64,000 bases of DNA from Verrucomicrobiota bacterium (lineage in GTDB: Bacteria; Verrucomicrobiota; Verrucomicrobiia; JABWAM01), in assembly GCA_023269615.1 (NCBI GenBank), contig JAHFSY010000015.1, positions 1 through 64,000 of the forward strand, read 5' to 3'. Below, one piece after another: positions 39,538-50,222 of the stretch. The first letter of the stretch is position 1, and each line of letters begins with the position of its first letter. The notes under the pieces are model-generated. The model was given only the letters and a program-made list of their open reading frames with translations. It was not told the origin of the DNA and searched no databases. Made by a program: the position numbers and the translations under genes.

Positions 39538-42500
39538 CTATTTTCCAGACTTCGCAGGCGACGGGTTTTCATATTCCCAAGCGGCTTTCCCCTCCCGACG
39601 CCACCAAATGTCCCATTGAGCCGGGTCATTTCCCTGAGTTTGACCTGTTAACGCCTCCAACGCCTTGGATAACATTTCTGCATCCTGATTACTTGAAGGT
39701 TGCTGCAACCGCGCCATGATGGATGGAACAGCCGATGGGTCGCCGATCCTTGCCAGTATTTCAGCGGCCTCGCGAAGGTGATGTCCACTACCCGGACGTT
39801 CCAATACTTTGAGCAGAATCGGCATCAAACGCTTGTCGGCTGTGATCGGAGCCAAACTGACGAGAACCTCCCCAGGGACACGGGCATCCTTACTGGCTTC
39901 CGACCAACGTTGATATTCATCGTGAGTGAATTGCCGTTTGGCTGTGATTTGATGAATCTCGATGGAACGGGCGCTGGCGGCTGATTCGGCCTCCAAGAGT
40001 CGTTCGAGCTCAGCCAAGGCCTCAGGGTCCCCAGCTCCACATAATAGGACGAAGGCCGTCCGGTTCATACCCATGTTCTCCTTGTACTCCATCCAGGAAA
40101 ACAATGATTTAACAATCTGGCATGATTCCGCGTCTCCAAGCTCGAGCAGTTTCATTGCGGCCACCGAGCGGTTCGGAGAAGTGGAATCATTGAGAATGGA
40201 GGTAAATAGGGGGCGGGTTTCGAGACCGGCTAGATTGATCATGGCTCGAATCGTCTGCTCCACCACTTTGCGGTCGGGATCCTTGAGCCGTGGTTCAAGG
40301 TCTTTGATATAAAATCGATTGCCAGATCCGCCAAGTGCGTCCACTGCCACCAATCGCACCGCAGGGCTGGGATCATCAAGAAACCCGGCCAACCGAGGCA
40401 AGGCCGGCTTACCAACGATCTCTCCGATCAAGCGCAGAGCTTCCGCGCGCAGGGAGGCGATCTCGGCCCGGTCAGTGGCGATTTGCGCCAGGATGGGAAC
40501 CGCCCGTTCGCGCCCGGGGGTACTTTGCAGCTTCGCAAGGGCGTTGCTGCGTGCCTCGAATACTTTCCCTTGTGCGGATTTGTCCTGAAGAATTCCAAGC
40601 AACGCGTCCGCGTTCTGCTCCACGGCCGGTGGTGGATGGGTATCGATGATGTTTCTCAAGCCAAAGTCGGGCAGGGAAACCAGATGTTTTAAATACAATC
40701 CCACGCCTGTTCGCCACGGGTTTGATTTAACGCGCGATTCCGGAGGGGACGGACGAGATCCATTGATACCTCCGATAATCTCATTGTCCAAATACGAACC
40801 GAAGATTAGCTGGTTAATCATGTAGCGCTTACTAGTCTTCAGGTTGATGTTGCTCTGCACGCGAAGCTGCATGAGCTGGATGTCTTCGTCATAAATTTCC
40901 TCGTGGTCGAGCGGCTGGAATACTTGTTTGACAACCTCACCGGTCTCGATGGACAGTGCCGTTACCTCCCCCATGGAATTTCCAACGAGGACCTGATTGT
41001 CGAAAACCAGAGGTTCCGAGATGGGCGACCAGTCCACGAATTTCCAAAGTAGCTTGCCGGTTTTTCGGTCGAGGGCGTGCAGGACTCCATCAATCAGATC
41101 TGGAACGAAAATTCGATCTCCATCCAATGTAACACTTTTGCCCAACAGATCGATGGGCCTGTCATTTGCTGCACACGCCATAGTAGTAGAGGCCATGTAC
41201 GATCCCCTACCCATATAATCTTTATACTGCCGCCTCGGGTGCATGTCGTAGAGCCAGACCGTTTTTTTTGATGAGGAGTCCGTACACTCAAGCATCCCAT
41301 TGGGGATTACGGCGTAGCTGAACCCGTCGCCAAGCGATCCAATTTCGTGCTTGAGCTCTGCGGGTACGGTCCAAGGTGTCAAATACTTCTTGTATGGATC
41401 CGCAATTGGATCCAGACGCGCTCGAGCGACATCGCGGAGTTGGTCCGCCTCGCCGCCCTCCATTTTCATTGCAATAATCTTTCTGGAAAAATCTTCGGAT
41501 ACCTTCTCATGCCCAAGATGGCGATGGAGGGTCGCGAGTTTGTGCAGGATGCGCATGCTCTCCATGGTCTGGGCGTCCCGGCCGCCAATCTTTTCGAGAC
41601 ATCGGAGTGCTATTTCCGGTTTTCCTGCATTTTCGGCCACTTTCACAAGGCGAGACAATTCATGCGGGTCGCCGGAGTCCATCGCCCCCGCTTCGGAGAG
41701 TGCCATGAAGGCCTGCTGCGGGCGGCGGTTTTCGAGGCATTGAGCGATTGCATGGAGGATCACAGGCCTGTCGGATCTGGGTCTTTGCTTCAAGAGGCGA
41801 ATCATGGCGGCGTAACCTGGGCCCAAGCGTGTCCGTTCCCGCCAGGAAGGAGCCGGCTCGTGCCACGTGCTGTGTGAAGGCGGACACCAGACACATTTTG
41901 AATATGCTTCGAGGGCTTCTGGTAAGCACCCCAGTTCCTCGTAGATTTTCCCCGCCTCATAGGAGGTGTGGTTCAAACGCGGGACCACAGGAAGCCACTG
42001 TTCTGCCCTGATCAGGGTGTCCTCGTAGGTCGTTTCTTTGATCCGCTTGAGTGTAGCCACCGCATCCTCTTTTTTTCCCATATCCTTCTGGATGCGTGCG
42101 AGCTGGAGCAACGCCCGGCCCAGATCCAACCCACGTTTCTCACGATCGAGAATGGCGCGTTTCCACAATTCCACCTCCTCTTCCGACTTTTTGAGGGCGC
42201 GCAATTCGGAGGCCACGGCGATGTAAAATCTCCACGGGTCCTCCATCTGCTCAGCGAGCGCCAGTCCATTTGAAAAATTGGCGAGTGCCAGCTCGTGCTC
42301 CCCCCGGGTTGAATACTGGTGGCCGATCTCAAAATGGTACTCGGGTGTCGAGGGGGAGAGGAATGCGGACGTCTTCATCGCCCACAGGCGATCCCGCCCC
42401 GACTGGTACATCCGGGATTCGATCCAGCCCAGGATTGGATGCGAATCTTCCGTTCCCACGGCAAAGGAACACCCGTTGATCGCGCCAGCCAGTTCCAATC

Positions 42501-44817
42501 CCAAATCGTTCGTCTGATCCAAGCTCACTTCTTTTTCAAACACCTTCATCAGTTTTCCGGTCTTGGCTTCGATCAAGCGCAAAGAAAGGGAAATGTGTTT
42601 GTCCTGCATGCTGTAAAATCCACATAGGACGACATCCGCCTTGAGCAAATGTCCCGCCCGCGCAGCGGTTCGGTCATCCACTGCTCCCCCACCTCCAATC
42701 TCCTTCAGCACCTTCCGTATCTGTTCGCGGTCCACGACACGGACACCCTTCACTTTCGAAATGGCTGCCGTAAGAAGATCCTCGAAGCCGGCTTGAGGGA
42801 TTGCCGAGCCGCCTTCTTCAGCGAGTGGAATCACTCCCAACACGGCTACCGTTGGCTGTGAGACTGTAGCCGGGGTCGCAGTCACACCTCCTTGGTCGAG
42901 GAGTTCACTCTTTTCTTTCTTGATCGTCTCGTAAATCACTCGAAGCACTCTTTCCCGATTGAGATCATCCAGGAGGACACTCGCCGCGCGCTTGCGGATC
43001 CCGTTCTTGAAATCCTCAATCCAGACATCGAGGTTCCTGCCTCGTCCCACCCGCCGCTCGGCGAGTCGGATGATCACGTCAGCCGGTCGTACGGAGGATG
43101 CATTCGAGTCTTTGCGTGACGCAGTGTTCAGATCACCCAACTGCGATTCCTCGAAAAGTTCCGGTGTCACCGTTCGCTCGATCAACTCCAAGGACGGATA
43201 TTTGCTCAATTCACTCAGGAAGTACGTCTGCGCCGCGTTGATTCTCGGGTCGGCGTTGGAGTCCGAGAGCAGCGCGATCCGAAGTGGGTGTTTCTTTTCG
43301 GGCGTGGCAATCACGGGGAAGCCACTGTAACCGTACGGCATGCGAACCTTGACGGGAACCAGGCATGCGTACTCACCGACATCCTCGGTCCAACTCGTCG
43401 CCCGCGACACGCCCTCAATTTCGAGTGCGTAGTAGTACACTTTTCCATTTTGAACATCCCTGTCCACGAACTCCGTCTTGTCGTCATCCGCGACCAGAAT
43501 CACCTCGCCATTGGAATCATCGAAGCGATTCTGACGGATGTCTGCGACATCCTGATTCCAGCGTTTGAGAACAAACCACGGCCCCTCAACCCAATCTTCC
43601 TTTTTCCGTTCGATGGGATTCCACCGAAGATCAACATGACCATCCCCTGAAATGGCTTTCAATCCCGTCGGCAACGGATTTCGCACAAACGAATAGTGCG
43701 CAGTGACCGGAGTCCCGTCATCCAGTTTTTTGCGTTCCATAGTGCGGACACACAACTCCGCAAGCCCAGCGTGTTCCCAAACCCCACCCTGTCCGAGAGG
43801 CGCGTCAGGGTACGCTACGAAACGAGCCCCCGCGGGATGATAAGATTCGGGCTGACGCGACTCGACTAGGATCGAATTTCGCCTCTCGTATGGAGCCTTT
43901 CCTGGGGATGGAGGAGGCGGCGGAATTTCCACATTCGCATTCATTTCCACCCGGTCGCGAGCCCGCAGCCGGCGCTGGCCGCCCTGAACATTCCAGGCAT
44001 CCTTCCAGAGAAATTCTTCCATCGAAAAGGTGAACGACGGTCTTTGTCCGATGGGAGACGTAATCCGGATCGGGATTTTGAAACCACCGCCCTTTACCGG
44101 TAAACGGGCGAACTCTTGAATGCGGTCCGAAATCACGATCTTCGGCTCGCTCAATAATCCCGTTGGCTTGAAGGCGCAATCCTCCCATTTCAGATTCGGA
44201 AAACCATCCTTGTCCACCGAGGACTGCATCACTGGAAATGGCATCGCCATGGATGAGCAATATCCGCTTTCCGCAAGCGTCTTTCCATCGCCATTCAAAA
44301 ACCGGAGTTTGTAATAAAGCTTAACACCTGTCTCGACCTTTGCATCAAGCAACGCAAACAGGAACTTTTTGCCGGAAGGCATTCCAATGAATGCTGGTGG
44401 TTCTGGGACGCGCAGCTTACGAAGGTCGCGCTCGCTCCAACTTCCGACCACTTGATACCCACCCTTGGGATCCGTCGAACGCAATAATTCCATCTCGCTG
44501 GCCCAAGGCCAGAGTGAGGGAAGCATTTCATTGCTGGAGAATTCAAATTCAACCTGGATTCGAATCGCAGGAAGTCTCGTGGACCCTTCTGCCCCAGTCT
44601 TCTGATCATAGGTCGCAACCAGATGAGGCTGGCCATTGCGGTAGTAGTACGCAGTCACAAGATTGGTCTGTCCTGAATCATGCAATCCCGGGACAGCCGA
44701 CACCTCCCAATTTGCAATGTCACCCGCACACAGCGGTTGCATCATCAACAGCCATGGCATTACCAGCAATGCGGTCCATCGCCATGCATGCTGACACTCT
44801 TTGATGAGCCTCATCAT
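39538..44817 (-). CDS. Giant (1759 aa) secreted multidomain protein: LpoB/CsgG-like module, TPR, PQQ-type beta-propeller and HEAT repeats
   Basis: Signal peptide. Beta-propeller repeats (DGVLHALDRKTGKLLWKF; GNSMGEVTALSIETGEVV). HEAT-like repeats (DPSPAVRLVAVDALG; DPDRKVVEQTIRAMINL). Confidence 0.55.
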   Translation of the reverse strand: MMRLIKECQHAWRWTALLVMPWLLMMQPLCAGDIANWEVSAVPGLHDSGQTNLVTAYYYRNGQPHLVATYDQKTGAEGSTRLPAIRIQVEFEFSSNEMLPSLWPWASEMELLRSTDPKGGYQVVGSWSERDLRKLRVPEPPAFIGMPSGKKFLFALLDAKVETGVKLYYKLRFLNGDGKTLAESGYCSSMAMPFPVMQSSVDKDGFPNLKWEDCAFKPTGLLSEPKIVISDRIQEFARLPVKGGGFKIPIRITSPIGQRPSFTFSMEEFLWKDAWNVQGGQRRLRARDRVEMNANVEIPPPPPSPGKAPYERRNSILVESRQPESYHPAGARFVAYPDAPLGQGGVWEHAGLAELCVRTMERKKLDDGTPVTAHYSFVRNPLPTGLKAISGDGHVDLRWNPIERKKEDWVEGPWFVLKRWNQDVADIRQNRFDDSNGEVILVADDDKTEFVDRDVQNGKVYYYALEIEGVSRATSWTEDVGEYACLVPVKVRMPYGYSGFPVIATPEKKHPLRIALLSDSNADPRINAAQTYFLSELSKYPSLELIERTVTPELFEESQLGDLNTASRKDSNASSVRPADVIIRLAERRVGRGRNLDVWIEDFKNGIRKRAASVLLDDLNRERVLRVIYETIKKEKSELLDQGGVTATPATVSQPTVAVLGVIPLAEEGGSAIPQAGFEDLLTAAISKVKGVRVVDREQIRKVLKEIGGGGAVDDRTAARAGHLLKADVVLCGFYSMQDKHISLSLRLIEAKTGKLMKVFEKEVSLDQTNDLGLELAGAINGCSFAVGTEDSHPILGWIESRMYQSGRDRLWAMKTSAFLSPSTPEYHFEIGHQYSTRGEHELALANFSNGLALAEQMEDPWRFYIAVASELRALKKSEEEVELWKRAILDREKRGLDLGRALLQLARIQKDMGKKEDAVATLKRIKETTYEDTLIRAEQWLPVVPRLNHTSYEAGKIYEELGCLPEALEAYSKCVWCPPSHSTWHEPAPSWRERTRLGPGYAAMIRLLKQRPRSDRPVILHAIAQCLENRRPQQAFMALSEAGAMDSGDPHELSRLVKVAENAGKPEIALRCLEKIGGRDAQTMESMRILHKLATLHRHLGHEKVSEDFSRKIIAMKMEGGEADQLRDVARARLDPIADPYKKYLTPWTVPAELKHEIGSLGDGFSYAVIPNGMLECTDSSSKKTVWLYDMHPRRQYKDYMGRGSYMASTTMACAANDRPIDLLGKSVTLDGDRIFVPDLIDGVLHALDRKTGKLLWKFVDWSPISEPLVFDNQVLVGNSMGEVTALSIETGEVVKQVFQPLDHEEIYDEDIQLMQLRVQSNINLKTSKRYMINQLIFGSYLDNEIIGGINGSRPSPPESRVKSNPWRTGVGLYLKHLVSLPDFGLRNIIDTHPPPAVEQNADALLGILQDKSAQGKVFEARSNALAKLQSTPGRERAVPILAQIATDRAEIASLRAEALRLIGEIVGKPALPRLAGFLDDPSPAVRLVAVDALGGSGNRFYIKDLEPRLKDPDRKVVEQTIRAMINLAGLETRPLFTSILNDSTSPNRSVAAMKLLELGDAESCQIVKSLFSWMEYKENMGMNRTAFVLLCGAGDPEALAELERLLEAESAASARSIEIHQITAKRQFTHDEYQRWSEASKDARVPGEVLVSLAPITADKRLMPILLKVLERPGSGHHLREAAEILARIGDPSAVPSIMARLQQPSSNQDAEMLSKALEALTGQTQGNDPAQWDIWWRREGKAAWEYENPSPAKSGK

Positions 44818-44882
44818 CAGGGGACACTCTACCGAGCAGTGTGCGTGAGAGCAAGAAGTCAGGTATGACGCCGAATGTTTAT

Positions 44883-46646
44883 CTACTTTTTCCCGCCCTT
44901 TTGGGCCTTGATCGCTTCCTTGATCATTTTTTGCAGGGCTTCCACTTGTGCGCCTTCACGGCCTCCGGGCCGGACCTTGTTTTTGAAATCTGCCAGCGTG
45001 CGCGAAGCTTCGTCGTATTGCCCGTTCTCCACGCACTTGGTCACGAATTTCTGCATGAGTTCCATGACCACGCCTTTCTCATCCTTGAGTTTCGAAATTG
45101 CGTCATGCACTGCTTCCCGTCCGCCTTTCCAATCCCCGTTTTCGCAGCACTGATCGATTTTCTTGCTGTACACCTCGGCGCTCAAGTCATGACGCTTGCC
45201 CCGGTTTTCGCGGATGATGCGATCCTCCACCTGGTCCGCCGCCTTGGAGTCACCCCCTTCTCGTGAAAGGGTGGCCACTTTCTGCAGGCAGGCGGCCTTG
45301 ATGTCAGGATAGCGGACGAACTGGTTGGCCATCGTGTTGAGGTGGGCTTTGCAGGCGTCCACCGCCGTCGCGTCCTTCTCCAGCAACGAGGTCTTGAATT
45401 CCCATGCGTCGACATTCAACGGCGAAATTTTGATGGCTGCCTCGATTGCGGCGAGCGCCCTGGTTGCGTCGCCACCCGAATCGAAGAGGGATGCCTGGCG
45501 GAGGTGGGCCATCGAAGCCCGATATTCGGGCGAGTTGTGGAAGAGCTCGGCCATGAACGCGATCTCGTGATCGCTGATGGGCTTGTTCGTTTGCGGGTCG
45601 GTGGCCGTCCCCGTGGCGTACTTGTCGTACTGGTAACGCCCGCAATCCACGTTCCAGCGGTCGGGGCTTTTCATGTAGCCGAACCACGCATGCCCGCCGC
45701 GCCGCCCCTCGCCCGTGAAAAAGAGCGTGGGAATGCCGTTGGCTTTGCCTGCGACCGACGCAAAATAAGCCTGATCCACGCAAATCCCGCCGAGCTTGCG
45801 GATTTCCTTGAGCGTGTACGTCGGATGCGGCCAGCTGAAGACGCCCTGGTCGAGGCGGGGCTCGTCGTACCGGATGGATGAAAAAGCCTGGTCGAAATTG
45901 GAACGGCTGTAACGCACCGCCGCCTGCGCCCATCGAAGCTCGTCCAGCGGCTGGGAGGCGTCCACGATGAATTTCAACTGCTCCACCTCCAGCTTCGTCA
46001 GGTCGAAGTCGCAGACTTTCTTCTCGTTGCAATCCACCCAGAAGCGGAACCGCTCGGGCGTGGTGCTGGTGTCGGGCGGGATCTTGATGGGATCCACCTG
46101 GTGGTGCGGGGATGCGGGGGGAGGCACATCCCAGACGATCGCCATGGCGATCGCGAGGCGGTCGTATGCAGGGAACCGTGCCGCGTCTGACTTGTGCAGA
46201 TCCTCAAGGATCGTGAGCGCCTGCGGAACCTTGTCCTGCGGTGAAAGGATTGCGAAAAAGTCCTCCGTCAGCGCACGGTCGTTCAGCAGCCACGTCACCG
46301 TGGAAGGATCGAGCTTGGACACCGCCTCGGAATTTTCCCCAAACAATTCGCACCAGCGCTGCAACCCCGACATCGCGCTCCATCCCGGCTTGGTCACCGC
46401 CTGGGTATTGTACGAGCGATCAAGCCATTGGGTGAGGGATGCGGCTGGCGTCTTCCAGTCCTGTGCCTTGCCTACCAAGGCGGTGACATCCGCAAACGAA
46501 TTGGTCGTCCAGTTTTCAGGCGTCAAATTCTGGAGGAGGCCTCCAAGCTCATCAACCGCAGGTGCGGCAACATCCTGGGCCGCCAATCCCAGTGGACCCC
46601 ACAACGCAACGATCAAAAGAATGCTTCCACGCATGAAGAAAGTCAT
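44883..46646 (-). CDS. Secreted transglutaminase-like domain protein with helical-repeat C-terminus
   Basis: Signal peptide. GGICVDQAYFASVAGKANGIPTLFFTGEGRRGGHAWFGY fits a Cys...His transglutaminase-like core. Confidence 0.5.
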   Translation of the reverse strand: MTFFMRGSILLIVALWGPLGLAAQDVAAPAVDELGGLLQNLTPENWTTNSFADVTALVGKAQDWKTPAASLTQWLDRSYNTQAVTKPGWSAMSGLQRWCELFGENSEAVSKLDPSTVTWLLNDRALTEDFFAILSPQDKVPQALTILEDLHKSDAARFPAYDRLAIAMAIVWDVPPPASPHHQVDPIKIPPDTSTTPERFRFWVDCNEKKVCDFDLTKLEVEQLKFIVDASQPLDELRWAQAAVRYSRSNFDQAFSSIRYDEPRLDQGVFSWPHPTYTLKEIRKLGGICVDQAYFASVAGKANGIPTLFFTGEGRRGGHAWFGYMKSPDRWNVDCGRYQYDKYATGTATDPQTNKPISDHEIAFMAELFHNSPEYRASMAHLRQASLFDSGGDATRALAAIEAAIKISPLNVDAWEFKTSLLEKDATAVDACKAHLNTMANQFVRYPDIKAACLQKVATLSREGGDSKAADQVEDRIIRENRGKRHDLSAEVYSKKIDQCCENGDWKGGREAVHDAISKLKDEKGVVMELMQKFVTKCVENGQYDEASRTLADFKNKVRPGGREGAQVEALQKMIKEAIKAQKGGKK

Positions 46647-46732
46647 GATTCCATATCAAGGCGCATGCTGCAAGATGGGATGTCCATTGATCTTGACTGC
46701 ATAAAGTCGATGCAAAAGACTGATGACTCATC

Positions 46733-48499
46733 GTGATCCATCTCTGCATCAACGATCAGGCGGACGGCCCGCATTCCGAGGCCGATATCCAACGCATGCT
46801 GGACGCAGGAAAAATCACCCGGGAAACCCTGGGCTGGAAGGAGGGGATGGAGCAATGGCAGCCACTCTCCGATTTTTTCGGGAAAGACATCCCGCCCTCT
46901 GTGGGAAATTCGGCCGCACCAGGTGCTTCAAGCGGAAAAAGTACAACCATTCCACCGGCGACCAGGATGGGCGGCAGTGCTTCGTTTGGGACGGCGACCG
47001 GGTCGTTTGTTTTTTCACCCGTGGTTGCGAAGGCACCGTTTGCCATCGTGTTTCTGGTGGGTGTCATCGGGTCCATCGTCGCCGGTGTGTTTTTAAAAAC
47101 AATTCCTTCGGTGGGGGAAGATGGTGCGCTGATGATCGCAATCGGCGGAATCTCCCTCTCGATCCTGGGTCCCATCGTGGCTTACTATATCGCCCGTTCG
47201 GCAAAAATTTCCGTTTCGATGTTCCAGCATGGATTCGAACTGGTCCGGCGAAAACAGACGACACGGTTGCACTTGTCGGAAATCCGCGATCTCAGGCTGA
47301 CGGAAACCCTGGGGGTCAGAAACGGCTCGGGTGCGAATCGCACCTTGTTGTTTGCGACCGAGCGTCAAAAATTTGGATTGGAATCGCGGACGAGCATGTC
47401 GGAGGTGGATCCGCTCCTGGACCTGTATCAACGGATGGTGACGGGATGCGCGGCGACGTTTCCGGCGCTTGCCGCAAAGGGACAATCGCTGCGCGGCCAG
47501 GGGTGGGTGTTTACGAAGGACGGCCTGTCTGTTCAAGGTCGGAACGAGGTGATTGCCCTGGTCGAGATAGATTTCGTGGGCGAGTTCGACGGGAAGGTTG
47601 GATTTTACAAAAAAGGGGAGGAGGAACCCGGCGTTGCCTTTCCTTCCACGGGTTCCAATGTCCACATTCTCATGGAGATCGTGAGGAACGATCTCAAGGC
47701 GAACAACCGGACGCGTGTCGGGTCCAAAATTTCCGAGAACCTGGGGCGGGTGCTGTTCACCAAGAACATCCTCGGCACGACCGGTTCTTTGACGAGGGCG
47801 TTTGTATGGGGTTTCATGCTGTTTGTGGCATGGGCCATCGGGATGGGGCTTTCCGCATGGCTGAACGACCTGCTTTTTCACTCCAAAGGCGCGCCCAACG
47901 CATTCATCCGCTGGACGATCCTGATCCTCTGCCAGGGGGTATCCTTCACGTTCATCGTGCTCTGGATCCAACGCTCCTTGCGATGCATGTTGAGATGTCA
48001 TGAACATGGGGTTTTCCGGCGGACTTTATTCTCCGAGCGCAAGATTCGTTTTGATGAAATGACTGCGTTTACGAACCAGGTGACGAAAAGCTTTGTGAAC
48101 GGCATCTACGCCGGCACGTCCATGCATATGGAGTTTGAGTGTGAGCCCAAAAAAATCAAAATCGGATATATCGGAAACGCCCAGGGAACGGACACCGCCC
48201 TCGACAAGCTGAGTGATGTGGCATCGTTGCATGTGGCCCGTCATTTGATTTCGGAAATCGCAGAGGGAAAACCCGTCCTGTGGGGGGATGCGCAGATGGG
48301 GGTGGATGGACTCAGCTTCCCGTCGAAAAAAAAGAAAACCGAGCCGGTGATGGTCCCGTATGAGAAGATCAAGTTCACGATCCAGGCTGGGGATCTCTAT
48401 CTTTTCTGGAAGGGAACGGAGGATCCGGACATGACCATTGCCTGCGGCTCGAAGAACTTCTGGCCATGCCTGCTCATCCTCCAGGGCGATCTCGACTAG
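46733..48499 (+). CDS. Membrane protein with N-terminal GYF-like DUF4339 domain
   Basis: N-terminus GPHSEADIQRMLDAGKITRETLGWKEGMEQWQPLSDF resembles DUF4339. Multiple TM helices follow. Confidence 0.45.
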   Translation: MIHLCINDQADGPHSEADIQRMLDAGKITRETLGWKEGMEQWQPLSDFFGKDIPPSVGNSAAPGASSGKSTTIPPATRMGGSASFGTATGSFVFSPVVAKAPFAIVFLVGVIGSIVAGVFLKTIPSVGEDGALMIAIGGISLSILGPIVAYYIARSAKISVSMFQHGFELVRRKQTTRLHLSEIRDLRLTETLGVRNGSGANRTLLFATERQKFGLESRTSMSEVDPLLDLYQRMVTGCAATFPALAAKGQSLRGQGWVFTKDGLSVQGRNEVIALVEIDFVGEFDGKVGFYKKGEEEPGVAFPSTGSNVHILMEIVRNDLKANNRTRVGSKISENLGRVLFTKNILGTTGSLTRAFVWGFMLFVAWAIGMGLSAWLNDLLFHSKGAPNAFIRWTILILCQGVSFTFIVLWIQRSLRCMLRCHEHGVFRRTLFSERKIRFDEMTAFTNQVTKSFVNGIYAGTSMHMEFECEPKKIKIGYIGNAQGTDTALDKLSDVASLHVARHLISEIAEGKPVLWGDAQMGVDGLSFPSKKKKTEPVMVPYEKIKFTIQAGDLYLFWKGTEDPDMTIACGSKNFWPCLLILQGDLD

Positions 48500-48556
48500 G
48501 GGCGCCTGCAACTTTTGAGTGGTGGTGGTGTTCAATTTCTCAAACCCGCTTCCCTC

Positions 48557-50083
48557 ATGCCCGATTCCAAATCCGAACTTCTGGCACCTTATCCTGGTCC
48601 GTGGGACGAGCGCGCGGCGGCGCATCTGTTGAACCGCGTGGCGTTCGGCGCTCCCGTGGACAGGGTGGAGGCGCTGATGAAGGAGACGCCCGACTCGGCG
48701 CTCAAGCGTTTTCTCTATTTCGAGTCGGTGGCCGACAACTGGCAGAAGCCCGAGTGGGCGGAGCCGCCGAAGGAGGATTTCATCCCGCCCTTCCTGATGA
48801 CGCAGGATGAGAAAAAGCAAAAGCAGCGGGAGCAGGGCCAGCATGCACGCGAGCTCCAGACCTGGTGGCTGCATCGCATGGCGCAGACCACCCGCCCGCT
48901 GCAGGAAAAGCTCGCCCTGTTCTGGCACGGCCATTTCGCCACGTCGCTCGACAAGGTGAAGGCCCCCTACATGATGTGGATGCAGAACGAGACACTCCGC
49001 CGCAATGCCAGCGGCAATTTCAGGACGATGGTCATGGAAATCAGCCGCGATCCCGCGATGATCCAGTGGCTCGACAACGACAGCAACCGCAAGGAGAAGC
49101 CGAACGAAAATTACGCGCGCGAATTGATGGAGCTCTTCACGCTGGGCGAGGGGCATTACACCGAAAACGACATCAAGGAATCCGCGAGGGCATTCACCGG
49201 CTGGGGGCTCCAGAAGCGTCAACAGCAGTACCAGTTCACGCCCAAACAGCACGACTCGGGCGACAAGATCTTCATGGGCAAAACGGGGCCCTGGGATGGC
49301 GGCGACATTGTGAACATCATCTTCGATCAGCCGCAGTGCGCGCGTTTTATCGTGACGAAGCTCTGGAATTATTTCGCATACGAAAATCCCGAGCCGGAAG
49401 TGCTGGACGGACTTTCTGAAATCCTGCGCAAGAACAATTACGAGCTCAAGCCGCTGCTCTGGAAGATGCTCTCCTGCCGGGCGTTTTATTCCGATCGTTC
49501 CGTGCGGACACAGATCAAAAGCCCCGTGCAGCTCGTCGTCGGCTCCTACCAGGTTCTGCAGCAGGAAGTCCCGCAGGCCGAGGGGTTCTCCCGCTTGCTC
49601 ATCAATATTTTGCGATTGATGGGACAGGAGCCGTTCCGACCACCCAACGTGAAGGGATGGGATGGCGGACTCACGTGGGTGACCACGTCCAGCCTTCTGT
49701 TGCGCTACAATTTCGCCGATTTCCTTGTGCATGGCGTTCCGCCACAAAGTGCGATCGGCAATGTCAAAGCCGGCAAGGGAAAGAAAAAACCTGTTGATCC
49801 AGCACAACTCGAGCGCATCCGCCGCAACGCGAAGACGCTGCCCCTTGTTTCGCTCTATGATCCCGCCGCCATGGCGTCCTCCGAGCAGGTGGTGAAAAGC
49901 CTTGGCCGCATCCTGTGGAACGCGCAGCCCGACGCGGAAAGTTTTGCGCAGTTCACGAAATTCCTCGACAGCAACGATGCGGGGGAGATGGTCGCATTCC
50001 AACCATCCAATCCCAACGCGGAACAAAAAGTCCGCGACCTCATCCACCTGATGATGAGCACTCCACAATACCAGCTTTGTTAA
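48557..50083 (+). CDS. DUF1800 family protein
   Basis: LALFWHGHFATS and ARELMELFTLGEG motifs. Paired with the downstream DUF1501 gene. Confidence 0.75.
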   Translation: MPDSKSELLAPYPGPWDERAAAHLLNRVAFGAPVDRVEALMKETPDSALKRFLYFESVADNWQKPEWAEPPKEDFIPPFLMTQDEKKQKQREQGQHARELQTWWLHRMAQTTRPLQEKLALFWHGHFATSLDKVKAPYMMWMQNETLRRNASGNFRTMVMEISRDPAMIQWLDNDSNRKEKPNENYARELMELFTLGEGHYTENDIKESARAFTGWGLQKRQQQYQFTPKQHDSGDKIFMGKTGPWDGGDIVNIIFDQPQCARFIVTKLWNYFAYENPEPEVLDGLSEILRKNNYELKPLLWKMLSCRAFYSDRSVRTQIKSPVQLVVGSYQVLQQEVPQAEGFSRLLINILRLMGQEPFRPPNVKGWDGGLTWVTTSSLLLRYNFADFLVHGVPPQSAIGNVKAGKGKKKPVDPAQLERIRRNAKTLPLVSLYDPAAMASSEQVVKSLGRILWNAQPDAESFAQFTKFLDSNDAGEMVAFQPSNPNAEQKVRDLIHLMMSTPQYQLC

Positions 50084-50125
50084 TGCCGTTTCATCCAATG
50101 AGTGGCCCATTCCCAATTCCACCAA

Positions 50126-50146
50126 GGCGCTTTCGGCGAAAGCGCC
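50126..50146 (+). terminator. Stem-loop downstream of the DUF1800 gene
   Basis: ggcgctttc ggc gaaagcgcc hairpin followed by a T-containing tract. A REP-B half-site follows immediately. Confidence 0.35.
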
Positions 50147-50222
50147 CTACCTTTGCGCTTCAGTTGCCGGGGGTAGGGCGCGCTCGCCGAGCGCGCCGTC
50201 AGGAACAAGGACTGTCCACTTT

